A stretch of 63,126 bases of DNA, the filler included, from Hyphochytrium catenoides (taxonomy: Eukaryota; Protista; Hyphochytriomycota): assembly GCA_900088475.1 (NCBI GenBank). It is 6 parts of 6 records of this genome, joined end to end, with 100 filler letters (N's around TTAATTAATTAA, not from the genome) between each part and the next. Parts side by side here need not be neighbours in the genome. Positions count along the whole stretch, not along the records: positions 62,057 to 63,126 come from FLMG01002483.1; 5 more parts are not named here. The stretch is one strand, 5' to 3'. Both the position numbers and the translations under genes were made by a program. Position 1 is the first letter of the stretch. Each line of letters starts with the position of its first letter. Below, piece after piece: positions 62,959 to 63,126 of the stretch. The notes beneath the pieces are model-generated. The model saw only the letters and a list, made by a program, of their open reading frames with translations. It was not told the origin of the DNA and did not search any database.

Positions 62959-63126
62959 CAACTTTCATCCACCATTTACCAGAGGCTGAAGGAAAGGCTA
63001 GATCATTCGGAACTACAAATTGCAAAGCTACTGCTGGCTGCCCCGATCGTCTCTAGCTACGGTAGCTTAAGGCGGAACCACTAAATGAATTACTCCCCAA
63101 AATGTCAGAATCTGGCCTCCGCTCAA

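Overview
Eukaryotic draft-assembly DNA, probably a stramenopile (inferred from oomycete-type PAN/apple and Harbinger ORF1 families plus GT-AG introns). Five N-TTAATTAATTAA-N linkers join six contigs, so adjacency across them is not biological. Host genes I could reconstruct: a Gln-rich tandem-repeat protein; a multi-exon type-I membrane protein with a catalytically dead pepsin-like domain, PPC-like repeats and an FN3-like domain; ataxin-10; an intronless family-III CoA-transferase; a secreted 4x PAN/apple protein; an F-box-like protein between degenerate direct repeats; DPAGT1/ALG7; and a SICKLE/MPLKIP-like gene that the ORF track misses. The last 11 kb is a DNA-transposon cluster. It holds a two-gene PIF/Harbinger element with intact ORFs, a 5252-bp element with perfect GAGCATCTCCACCGG TIRs, a TAA TSD, an ISL2EU-like transposase and an orphan second gene, and hAT-like termini. 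Much of 17-38 kb looks like decayed pseudogene DNA rich in TAG/CTA. Splice models and family calls were made by eye and need HMM/RNA-seq confirmation.
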